A stretch of DNA of 64,000 nt, taken from contig JAOAEQ010000011.1 in the NCBI GenBank assembly GCA_026416715.1, positions 12,580-76,579 on the forward strand, in the 5' to 3' direction. Every line of letters starts with the position of its first letter. Positions within the stretch are counted from its first letter, which is position 1. The notes below the pieces were generated by a model. The model saw only the letters and a list, made by a program, of their open reading frames with translations, searched no databases and was not told the origin of the DNA. Shown piece by piece: positions 40,315 to 49,281 of this stretch. The DNA comes from a bacterium. GTDB taxonomy: Bacteria; UBP4; UBA4092; JAOAEQ01. A program made the translations under genes and the position numbers.

Positions 40315-41214
40315 ATGCTCAAACGAATCAGTGCAATTGCAGTGAATACGTTCCGGGAAGCAATCCGGAATAAAATCTTGTACATCCTATTAGTTTTTGC
40401 GATGGTGTTAATTTTATTTTCGGTTATCCTGGCGATCCTCTCTATTGGTCAGGAACAGAAGATTATTAAAGATGTCGGGCTATCCGCGATTCTGTTTTTT
40501 GGTGTGTTGATTTCAATTATGGTGGGTATCGGACTGATATATAACGAGCTGGATAAACGAACGATTTATGTTATCGTGTCGAAACCCATCCATCGGTATG
40601 AATTTGTACTCGGGAAATTTTTCGGACTTCTCCTGACGTTAGCAGTGAATGTTATTCTCATGTCAATCGTCTTTTTTCTGCTGGTGATATTCCGTCAACC
40701 GGTGACCACGATTATTGACCAAGTCATCTTCTGGCTTGGTCGCGTTACCCCACACCAGATGTGGTTGATGGTTAAAGAAGCCGCGTCAACCTTTACAACC
40801 GCATTGAATAATCTACCGGAATTATTGCCGTTAACTAAAGCTATCGCATTCACGTTTCTCGAGCTGACTGTTATCACGGCATTAGCGGTTATGTTTTCAT
40901 CGTTTTCTACGCCGATTCTCTCGGCGGTATTTACCTTCATTCTATTCATTGTCGGACATTTAACCCAGGATTTATTAATGCTGGCAGATAACTTGATTAA
41001 GAAAGGAACCGGCATCGCATTAGCTATCGCCTATTTTGCAAAAATATTCGCATATCTCCTTCCGGATTTAGAAGTGTTAAATATTCGGAACCATGTGGTG
41101 AGTAATGTGCCGATAACCTGGAGTTTAACCCAATCAGCGGTTTATGCGATTTTCTATACTTGCTGCGTGTTAATTATTGCCGTGTTAGCGTTCGAACGGC
41201 GAAACTTTAAATAA
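40315..41214 (+). CDS. ABC-2 type permease (PilI-like)
   Basis: IAVNTFREAIRNK, ELDKRTIY...SKPI.R...GKF, C-terminal FERRNFK. Confidence 0.85.
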   Translation: MLKRISAIAVNTFREAIRNKILYILLVFAMVLILFSVILAILSIGQEQKIIKDVGLSAILFFGVLISIMVGIGLIYNELDKRTIYVIVSKPIHRYEFVLGKFFGLLLTLAVNVILMSIVFFLLVIFRQPVTTIIDQVIFWLGRVTPHQMWLMVKEAASTFTTALNNLPELLPLTKAIAFTFLELTVITALAVMFSSFSTPILSAVFTFILFIVGHLTQDLLMLADNLIKKGTGIALAIAYFAKIFAYLLPDLEVLNIRNHVVSNVPITWSLTQSAVYAIFYTCCVLIIAVLAFERRNFK

Positions 41215-41306
41215 CATATACCGAAAAATAATTGAACTTAAAAACGAAAGAACAACGGCGAAGTGAATACTTCGGTTCTTTTGTTCTTTCGTCCTTAGGT
41301 TAGTCC

Positions 41307-42158
41307 ATGAAGTTAGGTAGAAATCCGTTTATTATCACCGCACTAATCTGTTTGCTCATTATCGCTATCGGAGTGCATGCACTGCATCTGCATGTGCGGA
41401 AGAACCGAGGGCAGAATCCGTTCCAGGAATTATTGTATCTTCCTTCAGGAAAATATCTTAAAGTTGTTGTTCTCGGGTTCGATAATGTTATTGCCGATAT
41501 TCTCTGGCTACGCGCTATTCAATATTTTGGCGGGCATTTTATGGGCGATAAAAACTATGCGATGCTTGACCGGATTTTTGAAGTGACAACCACGTTAGAA
41601 CCAACCTTTATTGATGTATATCGGTTTGCTACGATGGCACTCGGTGAAGAAGCACGGAGATATACCGAAACCACGACGCTGCTCTGGAAAGGAATCGAAC
41701 GTAATCCGACCAGTTGGGAAATCCCATACGACCTCGGATTTTTCCTGTTGTATACGGTTAAAGATTATGACCAGGCATTGCTTGCCTATTCGATCGCAAC
41801 GTCGCGTCCGAATTGTCCAGATTTCGTCCATCGAATTATTCCGTTTATCTACTCTGAAACGGGCCGAGAACAGATTGCTATTGAGCGGTGGCGAGAAATA
41901 TATCGAACTGCAAAAGATGACATGACCAAAGAAATCGCTGACCGAAACATTAAACTCATATATCTGAAAAAAGCGCTTAAACCCATGCGAGAAGCGTTAC
42001 TCGCGTATAAGAAAAAACATGGTCGGTTCCCACCAAATATTGAAACGTTAGTCCAGGAAGGATATCTCCGAAAAATTCCACCGGAACCATATGGTAGTGG
42101 CTGGGCGTATGATCCCCAAACCGGTTGGCTGCGGAGTAAATTTCGTCCGGAATATTAA
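41307..42158 (+). CDS. Membrane-anchored TPR-like protein (PilG-like) with a GspG-like C-terminal segment
   Basis: ADILWLRAIQYFG, TPR-like helices, YKKKHGRFP...LVQEGYLRKIPPEPYG. Confidence 0.68.
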   Translation: MKLGRNPFIITALICLLIIAIGVHALHLHVRKNRGQNPFQELLYLPSGKYLKVVVLGFDNVIADILWLRAIQYFGGHFMGDKNYAMLDRIFEVTTTLEPTFIDVYRFATMALGEEARRYTETTTLLWKGIERNPTSWEIPYDLGFFLLYTVKDYDQALLAYSIATSRPNCPDFVHRIIPFIYSETGREQIAIERWREIYRTAKDDMTKEIADRNIKLIYLKKALKPMREALLAYKKKHGRFPPNIETLVQEGYLRKIPPEPYGSGWAYDPQTGWLRSKFRPEY

Positions 42159-42263
42159 CGGACGATAATCCGGAAACTTAAATAGTATCCGTGGATTACC
42201 CTTGAGATGAACGGCTACTAACCGAACTCATTGGGGTACATCTACAGATCATTCTGCTCTCCT

Positions 42264-43670
42264 ATGCGCCAAGCGAATATTCTCGTTGTCGATGATGAGA
42301 AAAATATTCTAACTACATTATCGCGCGCGTTAACCAACTTGGGTTATGCCGTAAAAACGGCTACTTCTGCTGAAGAAGCGCTAGAATTAATTCGTGAAAA
42401 TGGATTCGATTTAGCTATTATTGACCTTTGCTTGAAGAAGATGGATAATAATGAAGGATTGGAATTACTGAAACGAATTCGGGAACTCGAACCGGAGATA
42501 ATCACGATCATGATGTCAGGCCATGGCACTATGGGGATTGCGGTGCAGGCGGGGAATTTTGGTGCAGTTGATTTTATTGAAAAGCCATTATCGCTGGAAA
42601 GGATTCAATTTTCCGTTGAAAAAGCATTAAAACTGAATCAACTTGAACGCGAGAATATCGAACGGAAACAAAAAGAAGAAGCTGAATATCAACTGATCGG
42701 AACCAGTAAAGTTATGCGGGAACTCTACAAAAAGATAGAAGTCGTTGCGCCTACGAATGCGCGGGTACTGATTTGCGGAGAGAATGGAACTGGGAAAGAA
42801 TTGGTTGCGCGAGCCATCCATTATAAAAGTCCTCGGAAAAATCAGCCGTTTATTAAGGTCAACTGCGCAGCGATTCCAGCAGAGTTGATTGAAAGTGAAC
42901 TGTTCGGTCATGAAAAAGGAGCGTTTACTGGCGCAACGGAACGACGTCGTGGGAAATTCGAACTCGCTGATGGTGGAACCATTTTTCTCGATGAAATCGG
43001 GGATATGAGTTTGCCGACGCAAGCGAAAATTTTGCGGGTTTTAACCGATGGATTGATTGACCGAGTCGGCGGAAGTAAACCGATTAAAGTCGATGTTCGA
43101 GTGCTAGCGGCAACGAATAAAAATCTAGAGCAAGAAATCCAACGTGGGAATTTCCGGGAAGATTTATACTATCGACTGAATGTTATTCCATTTCACGTTC
43201 CGCCGTTACGTGAACGGAAAGAAGATATCCAACTATTAGCGGAACATTTTTTAAACCGATACTGCGAAGAAGCGAGAAGTAATGCTCGAATATTTACTCC
43301 GGTCGCGATACGGCTATTAATGCAATATGATTATCCTGGAAACGTTCGAGAACTGAAAAATATCGTGGAACGGGCAGCCATTTTGATTCCTGCTGACCGT
43401 GATGAAATTACTGAGAAAGATATTGCGCCACTATTACCAACCTCATTTCGACCGGTTGAGTCGGATATACCGAGCAGTTCGCTTAATCTCGGAATAAATG
43501 AACGGCTCCCGTTGAAAGAAGCAAGTGAACAATTCGAAAGAGCGATGATTATTTCTGCGTTAGAACGGAATGAATGGAATGTTAGTAAAGCGGCACTCGA
43601 ACTGCAGATTGAACGGAGCCATCTCTATAAAAAGATGAAAACCTACGGTATCGAAAGAAAACTTACCTAG
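42264..43670 (+). CDS. Sigma54-dependent response regulator (NtrC/NtrX-like); start moved to ATG 42264
   Basis: REC domain (VVDDE), GENGTGKE, GAFTGA, Fis-type HTH. Confidence 0.93.
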   Translation: MRQANILVVDDEKNILTTLSRALTNLGYAVKTATSAEEALELIRENGFDLAIIDLCLKKMDNNEGLELLKRIRELEPEIITIMMSGHGTMGIAVQAGNFGAVDFIEKPLSLERIQFSVEKALKLNQLERENIERKQKEEAEYQLIGTSKVMRELYKKIEVVAPTNARVLICGENGTGKELVARAIHYKSPRKNQPFIKVNCAAIPAELIESELFGHEKGAFTGATERRRGKFELADGGTIFLDEIGDMSLPTQAKILRVLTDGLIDRVGGSKPIKVDVRVLAATNKNLEQEIQRGNFREDLYYRLNVIPFHVPPLRERKEDIQLLAEHFLNRYCEEARSNARIFTPVAIRLLMQYDYPGNVRELKNIVERAAILIPADRDEITEKDIAPLLPTSFRPVESDIPSSSLNLGINERLPLKEASEQFERAMIISALERNEWNVSKAALELQIERSHLYKKMKTYGIERKLT

Positions 43671-43810
43671 ACACTAAAATCTAAATCCCAAATTTCCGAT
43701 TCCAATAATTTCTGCCTGATTAACGTTACCAATTTATTCTGCAATGTTACGGTTAACCATGATGTTCCTTGCGAGACATACCTTCTGACATTTGCATTTT
43801 AGTTGCGTCG

Positions 43811-45457
43811 TTATATCAGCATCCTTTCCCGAATCAGTTTCAAGGGAATTGAACCGTAACTTAACAATTTCGTATGAAATTCTTTTAGATGGAATTGCGA
43901 GCCTAGTTTGTGTTGATAGTCTTCGCGTAGTTTCATAATTTCACGTTTTCCGATAAGATAACTCATCGGTTGCGTTGGGGTTTGGGTATACCGTTGCACT
44001 TCCCGGATCGCGTTAACTTTCTCTAAGCCAGCAATGTTAACCAACATATCTACCGCTTCACTAAACTTCATCTGTCCGGTATGGAGTTGGATATCAATTA
44101 CTACTCGACATGCGCGCCATAATAAATCTTTCAACTGAAATAACCGTATTGCTGGTTCGAGATAAAATCCCTGTTCATACATCAATTCTTCACAATAGAG
44201 CGCCCAACCTTCCCAAAATAACGGGGTACCGAATTGTTTTCTAACGTTCGATTGCACCTGGTTATTATATAAGAACTGCAAATGATGACCGGGATATCCT
44301 TCGTGGAGTGCAGTTATCGGAATCGAATATCGGCAATGTCCTTTTAACTGCTCGATTTGTTCTTCTTTCGACTTGTTCATGTCGACTGGGGTAACCCAGA
44401 AATACCCGATTTGCTTTTCTTCAAATGGCGCTGGAGCGATATACGCAGCATACGGGGTTGTCGCCCGTTCGAATACTGGCGTTTCAATAACCTGCAACGA
44501 TTCATGCTCCGGAATATCAAGCAAATTCTTTTCGAGAACGAACGTTCGGGTCGATTCCATCGCTTGGGTATATACGGCAAGGAGTTCTTCCGGTTTCGGA
44601 TGTTCATTTTTCAATTCTGCGATAACCGTTTTCCAGGTATTTAACGGGTCGATGAGTTTCGCGGTGCGATATATTTTCCCTTGTGTTTCCTCGATAGTTT
44701 TCATACCGAATTCAAGGAGTTGGTCGGTCGTATAGGGCAGCAGATGTTCGGTCTGTAAAAGGAAAGTAAACAAGGTTTTGCCAATAGCGAAATTCCCGTG
44801 CGATCGTGCAGTCAACGTGTGGTTCAAGAAATGTTGATATTCATTGAACGCATTTAGTGCTGCGGTATTAGCGGTCAACATTTCATCTTTCAGCGATGGG
44901 AGTTGTTCGGCGACCGTCGGGATAAACGATTTACAGAACTCGATTCCGCCTTGCGTAACCTCTTTCGCAATCTGGGTCCATACTTCAGGTATGTTATCCG
45001 AATCTACAAGATTCTTTTTCCCTTCTTCTAATAACCGAGGAACTTGTTTCAATCGCGCTACCGCCCGCGATGCCCGCTCTTCAAACGGCGCAAACTCCCG
45101 CAGTAATACTATATATACCCCGAATAACGCTAATTCCGGATAGATACTCGCATCACGTAAATGTCGTTTAATTTTCTCTTCTTTTTCGATATCGACAGTA
45201 AGAGCGTTTGCAAGAACAGTGATATCAAGTTTATCATCTAGGTCAAGTTCAGAATCGTTTCTCTGCGCACATTGGGTTAACCGAGTCAAATACTCTTTTT
45301 TCTTCTGCCGTGATGCATCCCGCTGGTCGCGATGCATTATATCCAGTTCAGTATCATACGTATGAATTCCGACATAAGTTGCATACACTGGACTATCCTG
45401 CCATAAAAAATTCAGAATTTCATCGATCAGATTATTGAGTTCACCATGCATATACAA
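43811..45457 (-). CDS. DUF885 family protein (putative metallopeptidase)
   Basis: HEGYPGHHLQ, EGWALYCE, WRACRVVID. Confidence 0.92.
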   Translation of the reverse strand: MYMHGELNNLIDEILNFLWQDSPVYATYVGIHTYDTELDIMHRDQRDASRQKKKEYLTRLTQCAQRNDSELDLDDKLDITVLANALTVDIEKEEKIKRHLRDASIYPELALFGVYIVLLREFAPFEERASRAVARLKQVPRLLEEGKKNLVDSDNIPEVWTQIAKEVTQGGIEFCKSFIPTVAEQLPSLKDEMLTANTAALNAFNEYQHFLNHTLTARSHGNFAIGKTLFTFLLQTEHLLPYTTDQLLEFGMKTIEETQGKIYRTAKLIDPLNTWKTVIAELKNEHPKPEELLAVYTQAMESTRTFVLEKNLLDIPEHESLQVIETPVFERATTPYAAYIAPAPFEEKQIGYFWVTPVDMNKSKEEQIEQLKGHCRYSIPITALHEGYPGHHLQFLYNNQVQSNVRKQFGTPLFWEGWALYCEELMYEQGFYLEPAIRLFQLKDLLWRACRVVIDIQLHTGQMKFSEAVDMLVNIAGLEKVNAIREVQRYTQTPTQPMSYLIGKREIMKLREDYQHKLGSQFHLKEFHTKLLSYGSIPLKLIRERMLI

Positions 45458-45675
45458 TAATACTCCTAATCAAGAAAAATTGAGCTTATATAAATATATT
45501 ACTAAGTATTCTGGACTTGAGCAATTGGTAAGATCACGCTGATGGATTACTGCAGAGACGACCTCAAATTGATCCTAAAATATTTCAAGATATCCAAGCA
45601 GTTTTCGAAACAATAATTTAGGATACCATAACTCGCCTTTAATGGTGTGGTATACGTTACACCGTACCCAATTTA

Positions 45676-46401
45676 TTATTCACCCCGTTCCTCACCATCT
45701 CTAAACATTTTACATCCATCAATTCGTTTCCAGTCTTCATTTTCCGTCAAAGGTTCGGTGGCAATAAGAACCGCTTTTTCATCTGGTTTTTTGATGTCAT
45801 TCAAATCAACTGAGTATTGTTCATCTCTTAAAGTTACCGTGCGAAATGGAGCTTTCCTTTGAACAAAATACAAGCTATTGTCGCCATAAACAAAAAGGGT
45901 TTTACCATCAGAAAGCAGAAAGTTGAAATGACCATATTGTTTGATTTTTCTAGCTTCAGCTTGTAAAATCTCTCTAATATTGCCCGATTTATAGGTTAAT
46001 TTTTCTAAGAGATAGCAAAACGCATATTCTGAATCCGTGTACCCTTGCGGCTGATAATCTCCCAACCTAAATTCTGGTTTGTTCATGATTGCACGAACCG
46101 TTCCATTATGTGCGAATACCCATTTATTGATTTTAAATGGATGAGTATTTTGATGGATGTAATTGCCGCAAGTAGCAAACCGTACATGTCCGATAATAAT
46201 TTTGCTCTTAAACTGGAATTGTTCACCTTTTATATCTTCATACGAAAGTGGGCGAGGTTCCTTAATGACATGCCAATCTTCATCTTGGTAAAACGCAAAT
46301 CTCCAGCCATGTTTATTCTGTTCACCTCGATGACGAAACTAACGGAGAGAAAATTGGATATCAACGTTATTGTTCGAAGATAGACCTAAAAGTTGGCACA
46401 T
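45676..46401 (-). pseudogene. Class II glutamine amidotransferase (YafJ/EgtC-like) interrupted by an in-frame TAG at codon 21
   Basis: ATG 46401 gives MCQLLGL...FSLR*FRHRG...HVRFAT...NTHPF...FAHNGT, in frame with the 45676..46086 ORF (TDSE); GGAG RBS upstream. Confidence 0.82.
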
Positions 46402-46450
46402 ATTTACTCCGTTTCAAAAACATAGCGTTAATTCTTTATAGTATCTATGG

Positions 46451-47890
46451 CTATAAACCATAATCATTCCACTTTATGTCAACTAATTTTTTGATATCTT
46501 CGTTCATCGTGATTTCCTCTGGCCAAGGTCGGTTGGTTTCCTCCGGGAATTTGCGCGTCGCATCAATTCCCATTTTCGAACCATAATTCGGTTGCGGTGC
46601 CGCATGGTCAAGAACATCTACCGGTCCTTCAACAATGGTTACGTCTCGTTTCGCATCAATATTATTGAACACTTTCCAAGCTACCTCGGATAGGTTCTGG
46701 ACATCAACCTCAGCATCAACGATGATAATCAGTTTGGTGAACATCATCTGACCAAGCCCCCAGATAAACTGCATAACTTTTCTCGCCTGCCCCGGATAAC
46801 TTTTTCGAATGCTGATAATCGCACAGTTATGGAATACCCCTTCAATCGGCAGGTTCATATCGACTATCTCCGGCTGGAGAATCTGAAGTAAAGGGAGAAA
46901 AATCCGTTCAGTCGCTTTTCCAAAGTAGCAATCTTCCATCGGCGGTTTACCAACAATTGTTGCTGGATATATCGGGTTGTTCCGATGGGTTATGCAGGTG
47001 ATATGGAATACCGGATATAAATCCGCGGGGGAATAAAATCCGGTATGGTCGCCGAATGGTCCTTCAATTCTGCGTTCTTCTGGGTCAACATACCCTTCTA
47101 ACACGATTTCAGAATAAGCTGGAATTTCGAGGTCTACGGTTTCGCATTGAACGAGTTCAACCGGCTCTTTTCGCAAGAAACCAGCGAACAGCATTTCATC
47201 TATTCCTTCCGGTACCGGCGCGGTAGACGCATACATCGTTGCTGGGTCTGCGCCGATAGCCACCGCGACTTCAAGTCGTTTCTGATTCTGTGAAGATTTT
47301 TCATAATGCCGCGCACCATGTTTATGAATATGCCAATGCATCCCCGTCGTTCGGTCGTCATACACCTGCATGCGATACATCCCAACGTTTCGAATCCCAG
47401 TTTCCGGATCTTTCGTGAAAACCATCGGGAGCGTGATAAACCGACCGCCGTCATTCGGCCAGCATTTCAGAATTGGGAATTTAGATAATTGCGGATTATC
47501 TTTAATAATCACTTCTTTGCAAGGACCGGATTTAACCTGTTTCGGAATATAGTTCGATAATTCAGCAAGTTTGGGTAACATCAAGATTTTTTCCCAGATA
47601 CCGGTTGGCATCTGCAGTTTGAGCAGGTTTCGAATCCGGTCAGCGATTTGGTTTAGATTATCTACTTCTAGCGCTAGATTCATTCGCTCATACGAAGCGA
47701 AGGTGTTAATCAGAACGGGAATAGAGTATCCTTTGACGTTTTCAAATAGTAGCGCTGGTCCGTTCTGTTTAACCATCCGATCAGCGATTTCGGTTATTTC
47801 CAATTCGCAATCGACTTCGGTCTTAATCCGTTTCAACAACCCGTTTTGTTCTAATATTTGGATAAACTCTCTTAAATCTTTATATGCCAT
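46451..47890 (-). CDS. UbiD family decarboxylase (menaquinone futalosine-pathway type)
   Basis: NVGMYRMQ, EGPFGDHTGFY, KMGIDAT. Confidence 0.93.
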   Translation of the reverse strand: MAYKDLREFIQILEQNGLLKRIKTEVDCELEITEIADRMVKQNGPALLFENVKGYSIPVLINTFASYERMNLALEVDNLNQIADRIRNLLKLQMPTGIWEKILMLPKLAELSNYIPKQVKSGPCKEVIIKDNPQLSKFPILKCWPNDGGRFITLPMVFTKDPETGIRNVGMYRMQVYDDRTTGMHWHIHKHGARHYEKSSQNQKRLEVAVAIGADPATMYASTAPVPEGIDEMLFAGFLRKEPVELVQCETVDLEIPAYSEIVLEGYVDPEERRIEGPFGDHTGFYSPADLYPVFHITCITHRNNPIYPATIVGKPPMEDCYFGKATERIFLPLLQILQPEIVDMNLPIEGVFHNCAIISIRKSYPGQARKVMQFIWGLGQMMFTKLIIIVDAEVDVQNLSEVAWKVFNNIDAKRDVTIVEGPVDVLDHAAPQPNYGSKMGIDATRKFPEETNRPWPEEITMNEDIKKLVDIKWNDYGL

Positions 47891-48300
47891 ATCTAATAGA
47901 AACTATCGAACTAACCGAGATTTATCTTAAAACCGCCGACTCTTCAATGATTATGTTATGTCCTTAAGTATAAAGGTTAATCACAATTTTTGCAATAGGA
48001 GATATTCGTTTCGTATGTCCATCCATGCGCGGAATCAAAGATTCGCATTCGGGGTTAAAACCCCAAGATTTTGTATCCACCCGTTCCCACGATACTAGAC
48101 TCGGACTTTCGTCCATAGTTTGGTGCCAATGCAAAACCAATTCTATTCAAGAGAAGGATTTGGAAATATACAGTATTCCTAATATTAAACTCCAGTATCT
48201 GGAGTTTGATAAGAAATATATTATATTAATGGTTGGATTATCTTATTATAGATAGAGTTATTCCTACAGGGGTAGGGAAATAAAGGCAAAATAGCAGGAA

Positions 48301-49161
48301 TTATTTCGGCATATCAGGTGTCGACGCAGGATTTTTGCGGTCGGGAATTAATGTTCGGTCGAATGGTTTATATTGTTCAATTCTTCCGACCCGAGCGAGC
48401 CGGAGACTTTCCCGAATAACTTTTCCGCCAGAATCACTGAATAGTTCAGTCTGGAATCCGACTCCTTTTTTCTGGGAAGAGAAATAGTCTAGTCCAATAA
48501 TTTTCCCGTCAGGATTATAGAGCCACCGGATGAAAATAATCGAATGGCCGGTTCCATTATTGCGACTAAAATCGCCGAAATCGCCCGGTTTCGCTTGCTT
48601 CCAATCCGTAATCGGTTGACCTAATCCGTAATATTCAATTGCTTTTTGCGGGCTATCCCCGGAACCGACAACAAACCATATCAGCATAAAATTATATAAA
48701 TCGTCATACGTCATCCCGTTAAAATCGTTGATATCAATTCCTTTAGCTTTATTCCGGAGTTGCATCGCTCGGAAGAATACTTCAAAGGTTAATCCGCAGC
48801 AGTTACTACATCGAGACCCGTTCGGATGCGCTTTTGCTACCGTTTGCTCTTGATACACCAAATCTTGCGTAACCCCGTTATAAATATCATATTCATTCTT
48901 TTCCCAACGATATGGATAAGAACCATCTACCGGATAAGCATCAACAATTTTGAGAACATAGGGATTCAATGACCCTTCAGCATCATCGAGTACCGGACTG
49001 GTTTTCTTAAGGAATTTATCCACCGGCGATAATTCCGCTGTCTTAGCTGGTTTTAAAGTTGGGGTTGCAGTAGGCGGTTTAACCGGAACAGTTTTGCATC
49101 CGGTAATGATGAAAATTAGAGTCCCAAGAATTCCAATAATCATTACGCTAAATTTATTCAT
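48301..49161 (-). CDS. Lipoprotein with a putative NlpC/P60-like Cys-His domain
   Basis: Lipobox ITGC; NCCGLT...PGDFGDF...GHSIIF. Confidence 0.6.
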   Translation of the reverse strand: MNKFSVMIIGILGTLIFIITGCKTVPVKPPTATPTLKPAKTAELSPVDKFLKKTSPVLDDAEGSLNPYVLKIVDAYPVDGSYPYRWEKNEYDIYNGVTQDLVYQEQTVAKAHPNGSRCSNCCGLTFEVFFRAMQLRNKAKGIDINDFNGMTYDDLYNFMLIWFVVGSGDSPQKAIEYYGLGQPITDWKQAKPGDFGDFSRNNGTGHSIIFIRWLYNPDGKIIGLDYFSSQKKGVGFQTELFSDSGGKVIRESLRLARVGRIEQYKPFDRTLIPDRKNPASTPDMPK

Positions 49162-49281
49162 AATAGTATTCCTCGGCTTATTCTATGGGATTCAGCTTAC
49201 GATGATATGTTCTTTATCGCAGCAGGAATCCAGATAAAGCTGAACAGACGCATATATTATACTTAAATACCAGAAATTTGA

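Noticed and set aside
46045..46383. 112-aa plus-strand ORF
   Set aside because: Antisense to the 5' half of the interrupted amidotransferase gene
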